28,989 nucleotides of DNA from a virus (taxonomy: Duplodnaviria; Caudoviricetes). The stretch is taken from positions 1 through 28,989 of the IMG/VR virus record IMGVR_UViG_3300017909_000513; one strand, 5' to 3'. The notes under the pieces were generated by a model. That model had not been told where the DNA came from. It did not search any database and worked only from the letters and a program-made list of their open reading frames with translations. Both the position numbers and the translations under genes were made by a program. Below are positions 16,337 to 25,759 of the stretch, one piece after another. Within the stretch, counting starts at the first letter, position 1; each line of letters begins with the position of its first letter.

Positions 16337-19297
16337 ATGGGAAAGATAAAAATTGAACTTCCTAACGAATCATTCTTTGTAGAGATTGAGGGTGATCAGC
16401 CAAACATTAAAGAACGTTTGGCAATTAATGAATTAGTGCAAAGCAAAACGAGGTCAGCAACGGCTCGTCGTCAAGTTTCGCCACAACAAGCACAAGAAGA
16501 ACAAGGTTTCGATACAAAGACAGGTATTCAAAGTGGCATGCTCCGCGCCGCTCTGTCTGCTGCTGAAACAGCCGAGGAAGAGGAGGCAATCCTCGCACGG
16601 GCTGGATTTGCTTCAGAAGACTTTGTGAGAGATAGTCGTGGCAGGCTTGCTCTAACGCCGACCGGCGCAGCCAAGACCGGCATGGAGACTGACAAGAACG
16701 TTCTCATAGATGAAGAGGGCTTCAGTCGTTATGACTTTGCAGACCTCGCTGGTATCGCGCCAGAGGTAACTGGTGCCATTGTAGGCGCTGTAAAAACAGC
16801 GCCGCTTGGCGCTCCCGCTGGACCCTTTGGTGTTTTGGGGGCAGGCGCGGTAGGCGCTGCTGGTGGCGCGGCTGCCGGAAATCTTTTTGAAGAGGGTATT
16901 GAGGGTTTATTTGACGTTTCTAAGCAGACGGCTGGTGAAATAGCCAGAGACACGGCCAAAGAAGCCGCCCTCGCAGGTGGAGGCGAACTTTTGTTCGGCG
17001 CGCCATTTGCAGCATTTAAACTTCTGTCTCCAAAGCCGGGGATCTTAAAAGAAGGTGGACAGCAACTAGATGATATCGGCTTGGCGATTAGTAGAGATTA
17101 TCAGCCTACTAAACGTGCCATGGGGTTGCCCCCTATACCTGCAAAGTTAGAACAAGTCACAGAGTCTGTTATAGGCGCAAGCCCACGACAGGTTAAAAAT
17201 TCTGCACAAATGCAAGCAGATCTTGCTCGTTATAAAGGTCTAATTGATGAAGCCGTAGATACAGCACAGGGGCAATTAGCTGGAGACTTTTTACTTGAGG
17301 CTCAAGCCCTGAGTGGTCAAGCACTCTCTACCGCAGCGGCTGACGTAAGAGCATCCATCATAGGGCAGCTAGATGATTCCGTGAAAGCTGTCACGGGAAG
17401 TCTGAAGAAGGACGCAGCGTTAGACGATCAATTGTTCTCATTGGTGAACAATTCATTCAAAGCATTCAGCGATGCCAACACAGTTAACTTTGCTCTGATT
17501 GACGACATTATGAGCAAGTCCATTGGGCAAGCTGACATTCTTCCAACTAATAGCTTGAAGGAGCTTTCTGAGAGTTTCCAACAAAAATACGGACAAGTTT
17601 CGATTGGAGGGGCAGAACAAGGGGCCAAGGCAATGGCCGATACCTTGGCTGAACAAATTAACCAACTCGGTAAGAAGGCAAGTTTCACCACGATATACAA
17701 GAACCGTGAGAATCTCGCTAAGGCGATGTATGCAGCGCCGAAGAAGTTTGGCACTGAATATCAGATGCAGAAAGATGTCCTCGCTGCTCTGGACAATATT
17801 CTTACATCCTCGAACATTGAAACTCTGGCTCAAGGTATTGGCAAGAAGTTCGGCGCTGAAAGCGTACAGGCTTTGAAGGCTGCTGCCGACAGCATTCCAG
17901 ATGCTCGTAAGTTTTATACTGAGGGCATGAAAAGGTTTGAAAATATTGAAGCCGCGACTTCGGGCAAGAACATTGTGGCAGCCCTGCGGCAAGGCGAGTC
18001 TCCTGCGAATCTTGCTGACTTTGGCATGTCTCTCGTGAAGAACGGCAACAAGAAACCTTTAGAAAATCTTCGTGCTGCTCTGGGGCCGGGACCACAGTAC
18101 GAGGCAGTTAAAGGCGCTCTTGGCAGAGAGTGGATGAGAACAACGCTGAAGAATAGTGGCTTCGACACAGCCAATCCATCTCTGTTCAACCCAGACAGAT
18201 TTATCAAGGCAATCGACGATCTTGGTGAAACAGGCGAAGAATTGTTCGGTGGTCAGCTTGCTGGCATTAGATCCGTTGCTAAACAAATGGATGACCTGTC
18301 TATCGGCAGAATAAATCAAAAGGTTTTAGACGACGCCTTTGAAGCAGGTGTAGATCAGTCAGTTCTTACCGGAATGAGAAATGCTTTAGGTGCTGCTAGA
18401 GGTTTTGCCGAGGTGCGCAAGCCTCAACTGCTTAGAAAACTAAATGATGGAACCTTGGAAGCGGATGAGGCTTTAGAAGTATTTTTGGCCCCCGGCGCAA
18501 AGAAAAAAGAAGTTCGCGCCATAATGAACTTCTTTGAACGCAGTGGTAACGAACAAGCTATGGCTAGTATTAGAGGTGCAGTTCTTGACGATATATTTGA
18601 TGGCATGGGGGCCACGGTTAATGCTCAAGATTTGGCGGGGCTTGCGGGACGCATTGCCAAAAGAGACAAAGGTCAGAAGCTAGACATTCTCCTTGGCAAA
18701 GAAATCGCTCAAGATGTTAGAGAATTTGGCCGTATTATGGGAGTCTTATCGAAAGACGCATCCACCTCTGATCTTGTTGCCAATAGTATCACTGTAAACT
18801 TTATGAGCCAGCTTGGCCGCATATCTCGCTTGTTTTTAGTGGGCAGGTTGTTCGATGGCAGAGGGGCAGTAAAGCAAATAGATGAAGCTTACAAGCGCAG
18901 CAAAGGCATGCCAGTGGAAGAACGTGCAAACTTTATAGGCACAGTCGTAAACGGTTTGTTTAGGCCCGTACCACAAGTATCAGCACAACTTGCGGATGAA
19001 GGTGCTAAAAACGCTGCTCGTGAGGTAGAGGCGTTAGGCAACCGTCTTACAGAGCGTGTAACGCAAATGACAACGCCGAGTGCATCATCTGGCATCGGGG
19101 CTGTTGATGTCACGCAGCCACTAACTCCAAACATAGCGCCCGTATCTTCGGCGACCCCAGCAACCGGAACAAATGTACCGGTTGGATCTCGTGGCACCGC
19201 TGGTACAGCGGTAACTGATCTACGTCAGATGGCAACAAACAACCCTGAAATCGCAAGGGCGCTTGGTATTCGTGGCGCAACAGCAGGATTACTCTGA
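16337..19297 (+). CDS. Large internal virion / ejection protein
   Basis: 986 aa; Gly/Ala-rich membrane-like segment (GAPAGPFGVLGAGAVGAAGGAAAG) followed by a long helical region; last and largest gene of the cluster. Confidence 0.65.
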   Translation: MGKIKIELPNESFFVEIEGDQPNIKERLAINELVQSKTRSATARRQVSPQQAQEEQGFDTKTGIQSGMLRAALSAAETAEEEEAILARAGFASEDFVRDSRGRLALTPTGAAKTGMETDKNVLIDEEGFSRYDFADLAGIAPEVTGAIVGAVKTAPLGAPAGPFGVLGAGAVGAAGGAAAGNLFEEGIEGLFDVSKQTAGEIARDTAKEAALAGGGELLFGAPFAAFKLLSPKPGILKEGGQQLDDIGLAISRDYQPTKRAMGLPPIPAKLEQVTESVIGASPRQVKNSAQMQADLARYKGLIDEAVDTAQGQLAGDFLLEAQALSGQALSTAAADVRASIIGQLDDSVKAVTGSLKKDAALDDQLFSLVNNSFKAFSDANTVNFALIDDIMSKSIGQADILPTNSLKELSESFQQKYGQVSIGGAEQGAKAMADTLAEQINQLGKKASFTTIYKNRENLAKAMYAAPKKFGTEYQMQKDVLAALDNILTSSNIETLAQGIGKKFGAESVQALKAAADSIPDARKFYTEGMKRFENIEAATSGKNIVAALRQGESPANLADFGMSLVKNGNKKPLENLRAALGPGPQYEAVKGALGREWMRTTLKNSGFDTANPSLFNPDRFIKAIDDLGETGEELFGGQLAGIRSVAKQMDDLSIGRINQKVLDDAFEAGVDQSVLTGMRNALGAARGFAEVRKPQLLRKLNDGTLEADEALEVFLAPGAKKKEVRAIMNFFERSGNEQAMASIRGAVLDDIFDGMGATVNAQDLAGLAGRIAKRDKGQKLDILLGKEIAQDVREFGRIMGVLSKDASTSDLVANSITVNFMSQLGRISRLFLVGRLFDGRGAVKQIDEAYKRSKGMPVEERANFIGTVVNGLFRPVPQVSAQLADEGAKNAAREVEALGNRLTERVTQMTTPSASSGIGAVDVTQPLTPNIAPVSSATPATGTNVPVGSRGTAGTAVTDLRQMATNNPEIARALGIRGATAGLL

Positions 19298-19749
19298 TGA
19301 ACAAAGATAAGCTCCGTGAAGAGCTTGCAGAAGATGAAGGCTGCAAGTTTGAAATCTACCTAGATCACCTCGGCCTACCTACTTTTGGGATTGGCCATCT
19401 CGTGATTGAGGATGACCCAGAGCATGGTCAGCCTGTAGGAACACCAGTAGACAATGAGCGGGTACGACAAGTGTTCGCTTTAGATATTGCGTCTACGCTG
19501 GACGAATGTCATGTGCTGTACCCAGACTTTGACGATCTGCCAGAAGAGGCGCAACTGATCATTGCTAACATGATGTTTAATATGGGCCGCCCTCGCCTGT
19601 CAAAGTTCAAGGGGATGAAGGCTGGTGTAGATGCTAGGGATTGGAACAGGGCCGCTGACGAGATGGTAGACAGCCGCTGGTATGATCAGGTCACCAATCG
19701 AGCGAAGCGTCTTGTGGCCCGTATGAGAGCGTTGCAGGATCAAGCCTGA
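19297..19749 (+). CDS. T4-type lysozyme (GH24 muramidase)
   Basis: Catalytic E-x8-D-x5-T (EGCKFEIYLDHLGLPT), GIGHL, NMMFNMG, SRWYDQV.NRAKR. Confidence 0.92.
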   Translation: MNKDKLREELAEDEGCKFEIYLDHLGLPTFGIGHLVIEDDPEHGQPVGTPVDNERVRQVFALDIASTLDECHVLYPDFDDLPEEAQLIIANMMFNMGRPRLSKFKGMKAGVDARDWNRAADEMVDSRWYDQVTNRAKRLVARMRALQDQA

Positions 19750-19909
19750 TACACATCATTTCCTGATTGTCAGCACGCTGGATGTCAGCGTCTATGTAGA
19801 CTGATTGCTGATAACACTCATCCAAATTCTCGAAAGGCGATAGCGCTGCCACGTTATATTCTGTGGGCGCTACCGCCGTAATAAGAATAAGCATCCATTC
19901 GTAGGGCAT
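19691..19909 (-). CDS. Small hypothetical protein with hydrophobic N-terminus
   Basis: 72 aa; starts right after the RHH gene stop; G-rich SD; two Cys; overlaps the lysozyme 3' end. Confidence 0.6.
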   Translation of the reverse strand: MPYEWMLILITAVAPTEYNVAALSPFENLDECYQQSVYIDADIQRADNQEMMCIRLDPATLSYGPQDASLDW

Positions 19910-19910
19910 C

Positions 19911-20099
19911 CTACCCCCCTGCGGTCGATCCTATCCCCATGGCCGTCACATTGCTGCCATAATCTTTATCGTATGCCTCTTTCACTAACTTGGCAATCTG
20001 TAGGCCAATTGTGCGATGCTCTTCTTTCGACATCGTGCGCAGCTTGTTGTATGTGTCTATGTCAACGCCTACGGACTTGACTTGTTTTGCCTGTTTCAT
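19911..20099 (-). CDS. Ribbon-helix-helix (Arc/MetJ-like) DNA-binding protein
   Basis: Likely start ATG 20099 with GGGAG SD; KSVGVD strand, TYNKLRTMSKEEHRT helix, IGLQIAKLV helix. Confidence 0.7.
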   Translation of the reverse strand: MKQAKQVKSVGVDIDTYNKLRTMSKEEHRTIGLQIAKLVKEAYDKDYGSNVTAMGIGSTAGG

Positions 20100-20100
20100 C

Positions 20101-20140
20101 ACAATCTCCCAAATATTCCCACAACAGCCCACATATTACC
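20101..20140. repeat. Four imperfect 10-bp direct repeats between divergent genes
   Basis: ACAATCTCCC / AAATATTCCC / ACAACAGCCC / ACATATTACC. Confidence 0.55.
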
Positions 20141-20497
20141 ATGTATCGCTATAAACGCAACAAGTACGGCGCGAAGAAAACTACAGTTGATGGAATCACC
20201 TTTGATTCTAAATGGGAGGCGCAACGTTGGGGTGAGTTGCAAGCTATGGAACGTGGTGGGCTTGTACGAGACTTAGAGAGACAAGTGAGTTATGACGTTG
20301 TTGTCAACGGCGAGAAGATTTGCAGGTACATTGCAGACTTTAGATATAAGGCAGTCGATGATGACGGCAGCACAAAAGAAGTAGTTGAGGACGCCAAAGG
20401 ATTTGAAACCGCTGATTTTAAAATAAAAAAGAAATTGATGAAGGCCGTTCATCAAATAGATTTGTATCTTTCTAAAAAAGCCATTGACAGGCGATGA
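20141..20497 (+). CDS. DUF1064-like PD-(D/E)XK nuclease (putative resolvase)
   Basis: NKYGAKKTTVDGITFDSKWEA...YIADF...VEDAKG; likely start ATG 20141. Confidence 0.85.
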   Translation: MYRYKRNKYGAKKTTVDGITFDSKWEAQRWGELQAMERGGLVRDLERQVSYDVVVNGEKICRYIADFRYKAVDDDGSTKEVVEDAKGFETADFKIKKKLMKAVHQIDLYLSKKAIDRR

Positions 20498-20512
20498 TTG
20501 CGACCCTATGTT
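20484..20512 (+). promoter_or_regulatory. Sigma70 promoter of the replication operon with operator GCGATGATTGC in the spacer
   Basis: TTGACA (20484-89), 17-nt spacer, TATGTT (20507-12); upstream A-tract; operator at 20491-20501. Confidence 0.75.
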
Positions 20513-20549
20513 GAAGATGGTTTGACGGCCATCACAACAGGAGGGTTCC

Positions 20550-20981
20550 ATGAACTCAGCAGACATGCCTCTGTATAATGACTTGTCGTCCATGAAAGAA
20601 CGGCACGACACGCTCAAGATGCAGATCCACGATCTTCAGCAACAACTCAAGATCGTGAAAAATTCCATTCAAGATCAGTTTGAGGAAACTGCCCGGATGC
20701 AGCTTGCCCAACAGGGTAAGGATTTCGGCCAGACAACCATCAACGCTGGCGAACATAAAATCACTGTTGATTTTAAGAAGCGAGTTGAGTGGGATCAGGA
20801 GAAGCTGATTGAGGCTTTCAATCAGATGGATCCTGATACGGCTAGGCACTACGCTACTGTGAAGTACGCAGTGTCTGAAGCCAAATACAAAACAGCACCA
20901 CCAGAAGTCGTTGGCCTCTTGTCAGAGGCTCGTACTGTTCATCTGTCAGGTGTAAGTGTGGACATAGAAGATAGGGAATGA
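20550..20981 (+). CDS. Hypothetical protein of the recombination module (N-terminal coiled coil)
   Basis: 143 aa; SD AGGAGG; KRVEWDQEKL...VSEAKYK motif; directly upstream of the AAA ATPase. Confidence 0.8.
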   Translation: MNSADMPLYNDLSSMKERHDTLKMQIHDLQQQLKIVKNSIQDQFEETARMQLAQQGKDFGQTTINAGEHKITVDFKKRVEWDQEKLIEAFNQMDPDTARHYATVKYAVSEAKYKTAPPEVVGLLSEARTVHLSGVSVDIEDRE

Positions 20982-20985
20982 GGAT

Positions 20986-21840
20986 ATGATGCAGATTATT
21001 TCCGCCGCAGAAAGACTTGCCGAAAAGCGCGGCCACAAAATTGTGGTCGCTGGTAAGTCAGGTGTGGGGAAGACATCACTGGTGCGTACCTTGGACATGA
21101 GCAGGACACTGTTCATGGACTTGGAGGCTGGTGATGCCGCCATCGAGGGCTGTGAAGTCGATGTCATTAGGCCGCGCACTTGGCAAGAGTGCCGTGACTT
21201 TGCATGCTTCCTCGGTGGCGCGAACCCCGCCTTGAGTGAAGACTCTCCGTACAGCGAGGCTCACTATGAGTATGTGTGCCAGATGTATGGTGACCCAGCC
21301 GCCGTGCTGGATAAATACGATACCATCTTCATTGATAGTATCACTGTCGCTGGTCGGCTGTGCTTCTCGCACAACCAAAACCAGCCAGAAGCCAGATCAG
21401 ATCGCACAGGCAAACTGGACACTCGCGCAGTGTACGGTGCGCAAGGTCGCGAGATGATGGCGTGGCTAACTCATCTTCAGCACATTCGTGAGAAGAATGT
21501 CATATTCGTTGGCATTCTGGATGAGAAGATTGATGACTATGGTAGGCAGACATATGATCTGCAAATCGAAGGCTCAAAGACAGGCCGCGAACTTCCCGGC
21601 ATTGTTGATGAGGTCATCACAATGGCTACGCTTACGTCAGACGAAGGCAACATGTTCCGTGCCTTTGTCTGTCACACTCTCAATCAATGGGGCTATCCGG
21701 CAAAGGATCGGAGCGGTAGGCTTGATGCTATCGAAGAACCTCATCTTGGCAAGCTGTTTGAGAAGATGTCTGGGCCGCGCCCAGAAGCCATGCAGTTTGT
21801 TGATCCATCCACGGTCACAGTTGCACAAGGAGAAAACTGA
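20986..21840 (+). CDS. Sak4-like / AAA_24 ATPase (single-strand annealing protein)
   Basis: Walker A GKSGVGKT, Walker B IFIDS, C-term AKDRSG; adjacent to SSB. Confidence 0.85.
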   Translation: MMQIISAAERLAEKRGHKIVVAGKSGVGKTSLVRTLDMSRTLFMDLEAGDAAIEGCEVDVIRPRTWQECRDFACFLGGANPALSEDSPYSEAHYEYVCQMYGDPAAVLDKYDTIFIDSITVAGRLCFSHNQNQPEARSDRTGKLDTRAVYGAQGREMMAWLTHLQHIREKNVIFVGILDEKIDDYGRQTYDLQIEGSKTGRELPGIVDEVITMATLTSDEGNMFRAFVCHTLNQWGYPAKDRSGRLDAIEEPHLGKLFEKMSGPRPEAMQFVDPSTVTVAQGEN

Positions 21841-21842
21841 CC

Positions 21843-22466
21843 ATGCTTGATCTTAATAACGTTTCCTATTCTGACGATGGGCCACGCGACTTTGAGCTGA
21901 TCCCTGATGGGACTGTCGTTCGCGCTTTCATAAAGCTGAGCGGCGGTGACCATGAGCTTCCTGAGTTTGGTGGCGGCACTTACTTCAAGTCATCTCAGAG
22001 CGGTGCCAAATGGATGCCTATTGAACTGACCATCGTAGGTGGTCCGTATGATAAGCGCAAAGTTTGGCAGAACATCTTTGTCGATGGCGCAAAGGCAGAC
22101 CAGAATGGTTTCTCTATCGCTAAGCGCATTGGCCTTGAGACTATCAAGAAGATGGTAGACAGCCACTTTGCTCTGGACATGAAGGACGCCTCTCCAGAGG
22201 CCGCACAGAAGCGCGGCAGCATTAACGGTGTGCATATGCTCAATGGCATGCAGATTTGCTTTAAAATTGGCATTGAGAAGGGCAGCAATGGTTATGCAGA
22301 CAAGAATAAAATCAAGACCATATTGACTCCCGGTTCTCAGGAGTTTATTGCAGGTAGCCCTGCGGCAGTTGCCCCGGCAGCTACTCCCACGCCACAAGCG
22401 GCCCCAGCGCCTAGCGCACCGGCCACTACAGCTACAGCGGGGGTAACACCAACATGGGCGCGCTAG
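21843..22466 (+). CDS. Putative ssDNA-binding protein (DUF669-like)
   Basis: DFELIPDG, GPYDKRKVW, NKIK motifs and Ala/Pro-rich tail; typical Sak4 partner. Confidence 0.75.
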   Translation: MLDLNNVSYSDDGPRDFELIPDGTVVRAFIKLSGGDHELPEFGGGTYFKSSQSGAKWMPIELTIVGGPYDKRKVWQNIFVDGAKADQNGFSIAKRIGLETIKKMVDSHFALDMKDASPEAAQKRGSINGVHMLNGMQICFKIGIEKGSNGYADKNKIKTILTPGSQEFIAGSPAAVAPAATPTPQAAPAPSAPATTATAGVTPTWAR

Positions 22467-22828
22467 GTTTTCTTAGGTCATTCTTTGGCGGCAACCCTCG
22501 TGAGGTCGTCAAACTCGGCAAGGGGGGAGCCGAGGCCGTAAATCCCCCCACCAACCCAGCTTTCAACAAATCTCATTGGAAGACGGCTTATAAGAAAGAT
22601 GAAGCTGGCAAGATGGAACTTGTCAGCAAAGAGTTGGTAGTCCCTAAGTTTTGTCGCGAAACCTTTCTTATGATTTCTCGTAAGAGAGGAGCCACAATCT
22701 CTGAGATCGTAAAGAAGACTGGCAAGACCAAAGGCACGATCTATCAAGAGATTGCTTTGCTCAAGAAGAGCGGGGTCAAAATTGTTCGTGCTTATGAGAA
22801 GCCGGTCTATAGGTTTCGAGTAGGCTAA
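22454..22828 (+). CDS. Winged helix-turn-helix protein
   Basis: ATISEIVKKTGKTKGTIYQEIALLKKSGVKI...YRF; start codon uncertain. Confidence 0.65.
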   Translation: MGALGFLRSFFGGNPREVVKLGKGGAEAVNPPTNPAFNKSHWKTAYKKDEAGKMELVSKELVVPKFCRETFLMISRKRGATISEIVKKTGKTKGTIYQEIALLKKSGVKIVRAYEKPVYRFRVG

Positions 22829-22829
22829 C

Positions 22830-24512
22830 ATGTTGCTCCGTCCGTATCAGGAGGTGGCAATCAATGACGCCGCTGATGCTCTGGACAAACATGGCAATAC
22901 ACTTGTAGTCGCCCCCACTGGAGCCGGAAAGACAATCATGCTTTCCGCTCTGGTGGGCAAGCGCCGTGGTGTATCCAAAGATGTTTTGATCCTACAGCAT
23001 CGTGACGAGTTGGTTTCACAAAACTCCACGAAATTTCAACGTGTGAACCCTGAACTGTCCGCAAGTTACGTCAACGCTTCACAAAAAGATTGGGGCGGCG
23101 ACGCAGTATTCGCAATGGTTCAAACTCTTTCACGCCACAACAACCTTGAGCAAATGCCAAAGGTTGATCTCATTGTTGTGGATGAAGCGCATCACACTGT
23201 AGCCGATACATATCAACGTATCATTAATGCCGCTAAGAAGGCCAATGAAGGGGTGCAAGTCGTTGGCTTTACCGCCACCCCCAACCGTGGTGACAAAAAG
23301 GGTCTGCGAGACGTATTCACGAACTGTAGCCACCAGATCGAAATCGCTACATTAATCCGTGAGGGCTTTCTTGTGCCGCCCAAAACATTCGTTGTGGATG
23401 TTGGGGTACAAGATGAATTGCGTGATGTGCGCAAGACTGCATCTGACTTTGACATGGCAGATGTCGAAAAGATTATGAACCGCCGCGCTATCAACAAGCG
23501 CGTGGTCGAGGAGTGGTTGGACAAGGCCGGGGATCGTAAGACCATCGTGTTCTGTTCAACCATTCGTCACGCAGAAGATGTGTGTGAGGAGTTTGTTAAG
23601 CAGGGCGTTATCGCTCATGTCGTTACAGGCAATACACCATCTGATGAGCGTGAGGAGATTCTACACGATCTCGCGCATGGTGAGACACAAGTGGTAGTAA
23701 ACGTCGCTGTTCTGACCGAAGGGTTCGATGCGCCGCCTGTGTCCTGTGTGGTGCTGACGCGGCCATGCTCATACAAGTCCACAATGGTTCAGATGATCGG
23801 GCGTGGTCTGCGCACAGTTGACCAAGAAGAGTTTCCCGGCATTGTAAAAACTGACTGCATTGTCATGGACTTTGGAACGTCTGTCCTGACGCATGGATCA
23901 CTGGATGATGCTGTTGATCTTGATGGCGCTGGCGATACGACGGCTGGCGACGCGCCAGAAAAGGTTTGCCCAGAGTGTGAATCAATCGTGCCACTTGGCG
24001 TTCGTGAGTGTCCGTTTTGTGGTCACATGTTTGAGGGGGCAGACTCTGATCCTCTCGATAGCTTTGAGATGACCGAAGTGGATCTGATGGAGCGCTCTCC
24101 ATTCAGATGGGTAGATTTGTTCGGTAATGGTGCGTGTCTTGCAGCCACTGGATTTAACTGTTTCGCTCTGATCGCAGAGGTCGATGAGCTATCTATGGCA
24201 ATCGTAAAGCGAACAAATTCACGAGTGCGGCTGATATCTGTCGGCACGAAGAAGCAGGCGATGGCCGCTGCTGATGATTACATGCGCCAGAATGAATCCA
24301 GTGATTCTGCCAAGAAAACAAAGCGCTGGCTAAACGATCCTGTGAGCGACAAACAGCGCAGTGCCTTAGCGCAACGCGGTGTACAGATTAGCCCGATTGA
24401 CTTCTCTTGGACTAAGTACAGAGCAGCTTGTATGCTGAACTATGTGTGGAACAAGCAATTCGTGGATCGAATTGTCTACGAAATCATGGATGATATGGAC
24501 AAGATAGCATGA
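22830..24512 (+). CDS. SF2 DEAH-box helicase (RadD/UvsW-like) with Zn ribbon
   Basis: LRPYQ, APTGAGKT, DEAH, TAT, LTEGFD, QMIGRGLR, CPEC...CPFC. Confidence 0.95.
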   Translation: MLLRPYQEVAINDAADALDKHGNTLVVAPTGAGKTIMLSALVGKRRGVSKDVLILQHRDELVSQNSTKFQRVNPELSASYVNASQKDWGGDAVFAMVQTLSRHNNLEQMPKVDLIVVDEAHHTVADTYQRIINAAKKANEGVQVVGFTATPNRGDKKGLRDVFTNCSHQIEIATLIREGFLVPPKTFVVDVGVQDELRDVRKTASDFDMADVEKIMNRRAINKRVVEEWLDKAGDRKTIVFCSTIRHAEDVCEEFVKQGVIAHVVTGNTPSDEREEILHDLAHGETQVVVNVAVLTEGFDAPPVSCVVLTRPCSYKSTMVQMIGRGLRTVDQEEFPGIVKTDCIVMDFGTSVLTHGSLDDAVDLDGAGDTTAGDAPEKVCPECESIVPLGVRECPFCGHMFEGADSDPLDSFEMTEVDLMERSPFRWVDLFGNGACLAATGFNCFALIAEVDELSMAIVKRTNSRVRLISVGTKKQAMAAADDYMRQNESSDSAKKTKRWLNDPVSDKQRSALAQRGVQISPIDFSWTKYRAACMLNYVWNKQFVDRIVYEIMDDMDKIA

Positions 24513-24802
24513 CAAGAGGCGAAGTTACTTTCGTGTTTCACAAACATTCAGGGGGCGGGGTGCAAACCTCATGCTTCATGAATTTTCTTGATCCAAATAA
24601 TTTGGAGGATGTGCAAGCCAAGGTAATTGAAGCTGTGCATGATTTCACAGAGGGCAAAGAAGAGCAGTTTAAATGTGTGACCGTCGTGGTCGATATCGCT
24701 GAATATGACCATTACCTGACTGCGATGGTTGTGTTTAATGAGGAGGGCGAAGAATGGGAGAACATGATGGGAGCGCACGAAATGTCGGAGACAATCCACT
24801 AA
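24509..24802 (+). CDS. Acidic hypothetical protein
   Basis: 97 aa; ATGA overlap with the helicase. Confidence 0.65.
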   Translation: MTRGEVTFVFHKHSGGGVQTSCFMNFLDPNNLEDVQAKVIEAVHDFTEGKEEQFKCVTVVVDIAEYDHYLTAMVVFNEEGEEWENMMGAHEMSETIH

Positions 24803-25002
24803 GGCATTTCGCGTCTATGATAGGGCAGATCGGGTGGGGCAAGAAGCTAAACGAGCTATCCGAGGATGAAGTAGTTGGCATGATACTAATCGCTAAGAGC
24901 GTGAAAGGGCTAGAAGATGTCTACAGCGAACCTTACCTTGCAGAGCTATTTGAACGGTACGGTGGGCATCCCAGAACCGAAGTCAAAGATATCCCCTTCT
25001 GA
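24754..25002 (+). CDS. Small protein, DUF6511-like, ending in DIPF
   Basis: IGWGKKLNELSEDEVVGMI motif; purine-rich SD upstream; lies before the Cas4-like gene. Confidence 0.6.
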   Translation: MGEHDGSARNVGDNPLRHFASMIGQIGWGKKLNELSEDEVVGMILIAKSVKGLEDVYSEPYLAELFERYGGHPRTEVKDIPF

Positions 25003-25717
25003 AGACGCAGCGGCAATCATTAAAGAGTTAGATCGGGCTGTCATTGAGAAAGAGCGTAAGCAGCCAGAGCGTAAGTATCTGGGGGCTTCCTCTCTCGGTG
25101 ACCCGTGCGCTCGTAAACTTCAATACCGATACATGGGGCAGCAGAAAGACAAAGACAAAGGCTTTCCTGCAAAGACTTTGCGAACATTTGCTCTGGGTCA
25201 CACCATCGAAGATCTGATGATCATGTACTTCCGTGACGCCGGATTCGATTTGCGCACAGAGAAATATGGCGAACAATTTGGATTCGACACGGCGGATGGC
25301 GAAGTTCGTGGTCATATCGACGGTGTAATATGTGGCGGCCCATTACACCTCTCGTACCCAATGCTGTGGGAGTGCAAGTCTGCATCGGACAAGAAGTTCA
25401 ACGAATTTGTTCGTAAAGGCGTGGCGGAGGCCAACCCGGTCTACGCAGCACAGATCGCGCTGTATCAAGCCTACATGGACTTAGCTGAGAACCCTTGTGT
25501 GTTTACGGTTCTGAACAAGAACACAAGCGAGGTCTATATAGAGTTGGTGCCGTTCGACGCAGAGCTTGCACAAAAGACCAGTGATAAGGCTGTGCAAATT
25601 CTGGAGGCTACTAGGGGTAATGACATCCTTCCGCGTATCGCGCAGAATGACGACTTTCACATTTGCAAGTGGTGCGAGTTTCGTAATACTTGCTGGCAAA
25701 AAGAAGGGGCGGCATGA
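24917..25717 (+). CDS. Cas4-like PD-(D/E)XK exonuclease with predicted Fe-S cluster
   Basis: ASSLGDPCAR, GH, GHIDG, WECKS, QIALY, CKWCEFRNTC (C...CxxCx5C). Confidence 0.88.
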   Translation: MSTANLTLQSYLNGTVGIPEPKSKISPSEDAAAIIKELDRAVIEKERKQPERKYLGASSLGDPCARKLQYRYMGQQKDKDKGFPAKTLRTFALGHTIEDLMIMYFRDAGFDLRTEKYGEQFGFDTADGEVRGHIDGVICGGPLHLSYPMLWECKSASDKKFNEFVRKGVAEANPVYAAQIALYQAYMDLAENPCVFTVLNKNTSEVYIELVPFDAELAQKTSDKAVQILEATRGNDILPRIAQNDDFHICKWCEFRNTCWQKEGAA

Positions 25718-25725
25718 ACCGCCCC
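25698..25725 (-). terminator. GC hairpin around the Cas4-like stop codon; terminator-like only on the minus strand
   Basis: GGGGCGG-catgaa-CCGCCCC (25706-25725) preceded by AAAAAGAA. Confidence 0.35.
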
Positions 25726-25759
25726 ATAGGAAACCGAATGCTTGATAGGAGACAATATA

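Noticed and set aside
19691-19909. Minus-strand ORF as a holin or spanin partner of the lysozyme
   Set aside because: Opposite strand, only a short hydrophobic stretch and no lipobox.
24917-25717. Cas4-like gene as a sign of a CRISPR-Cas system
   Set aside because: No repeat-spacer array or other cas genes; stand-alone Cas4-like nucleases are common in phage replication modules.
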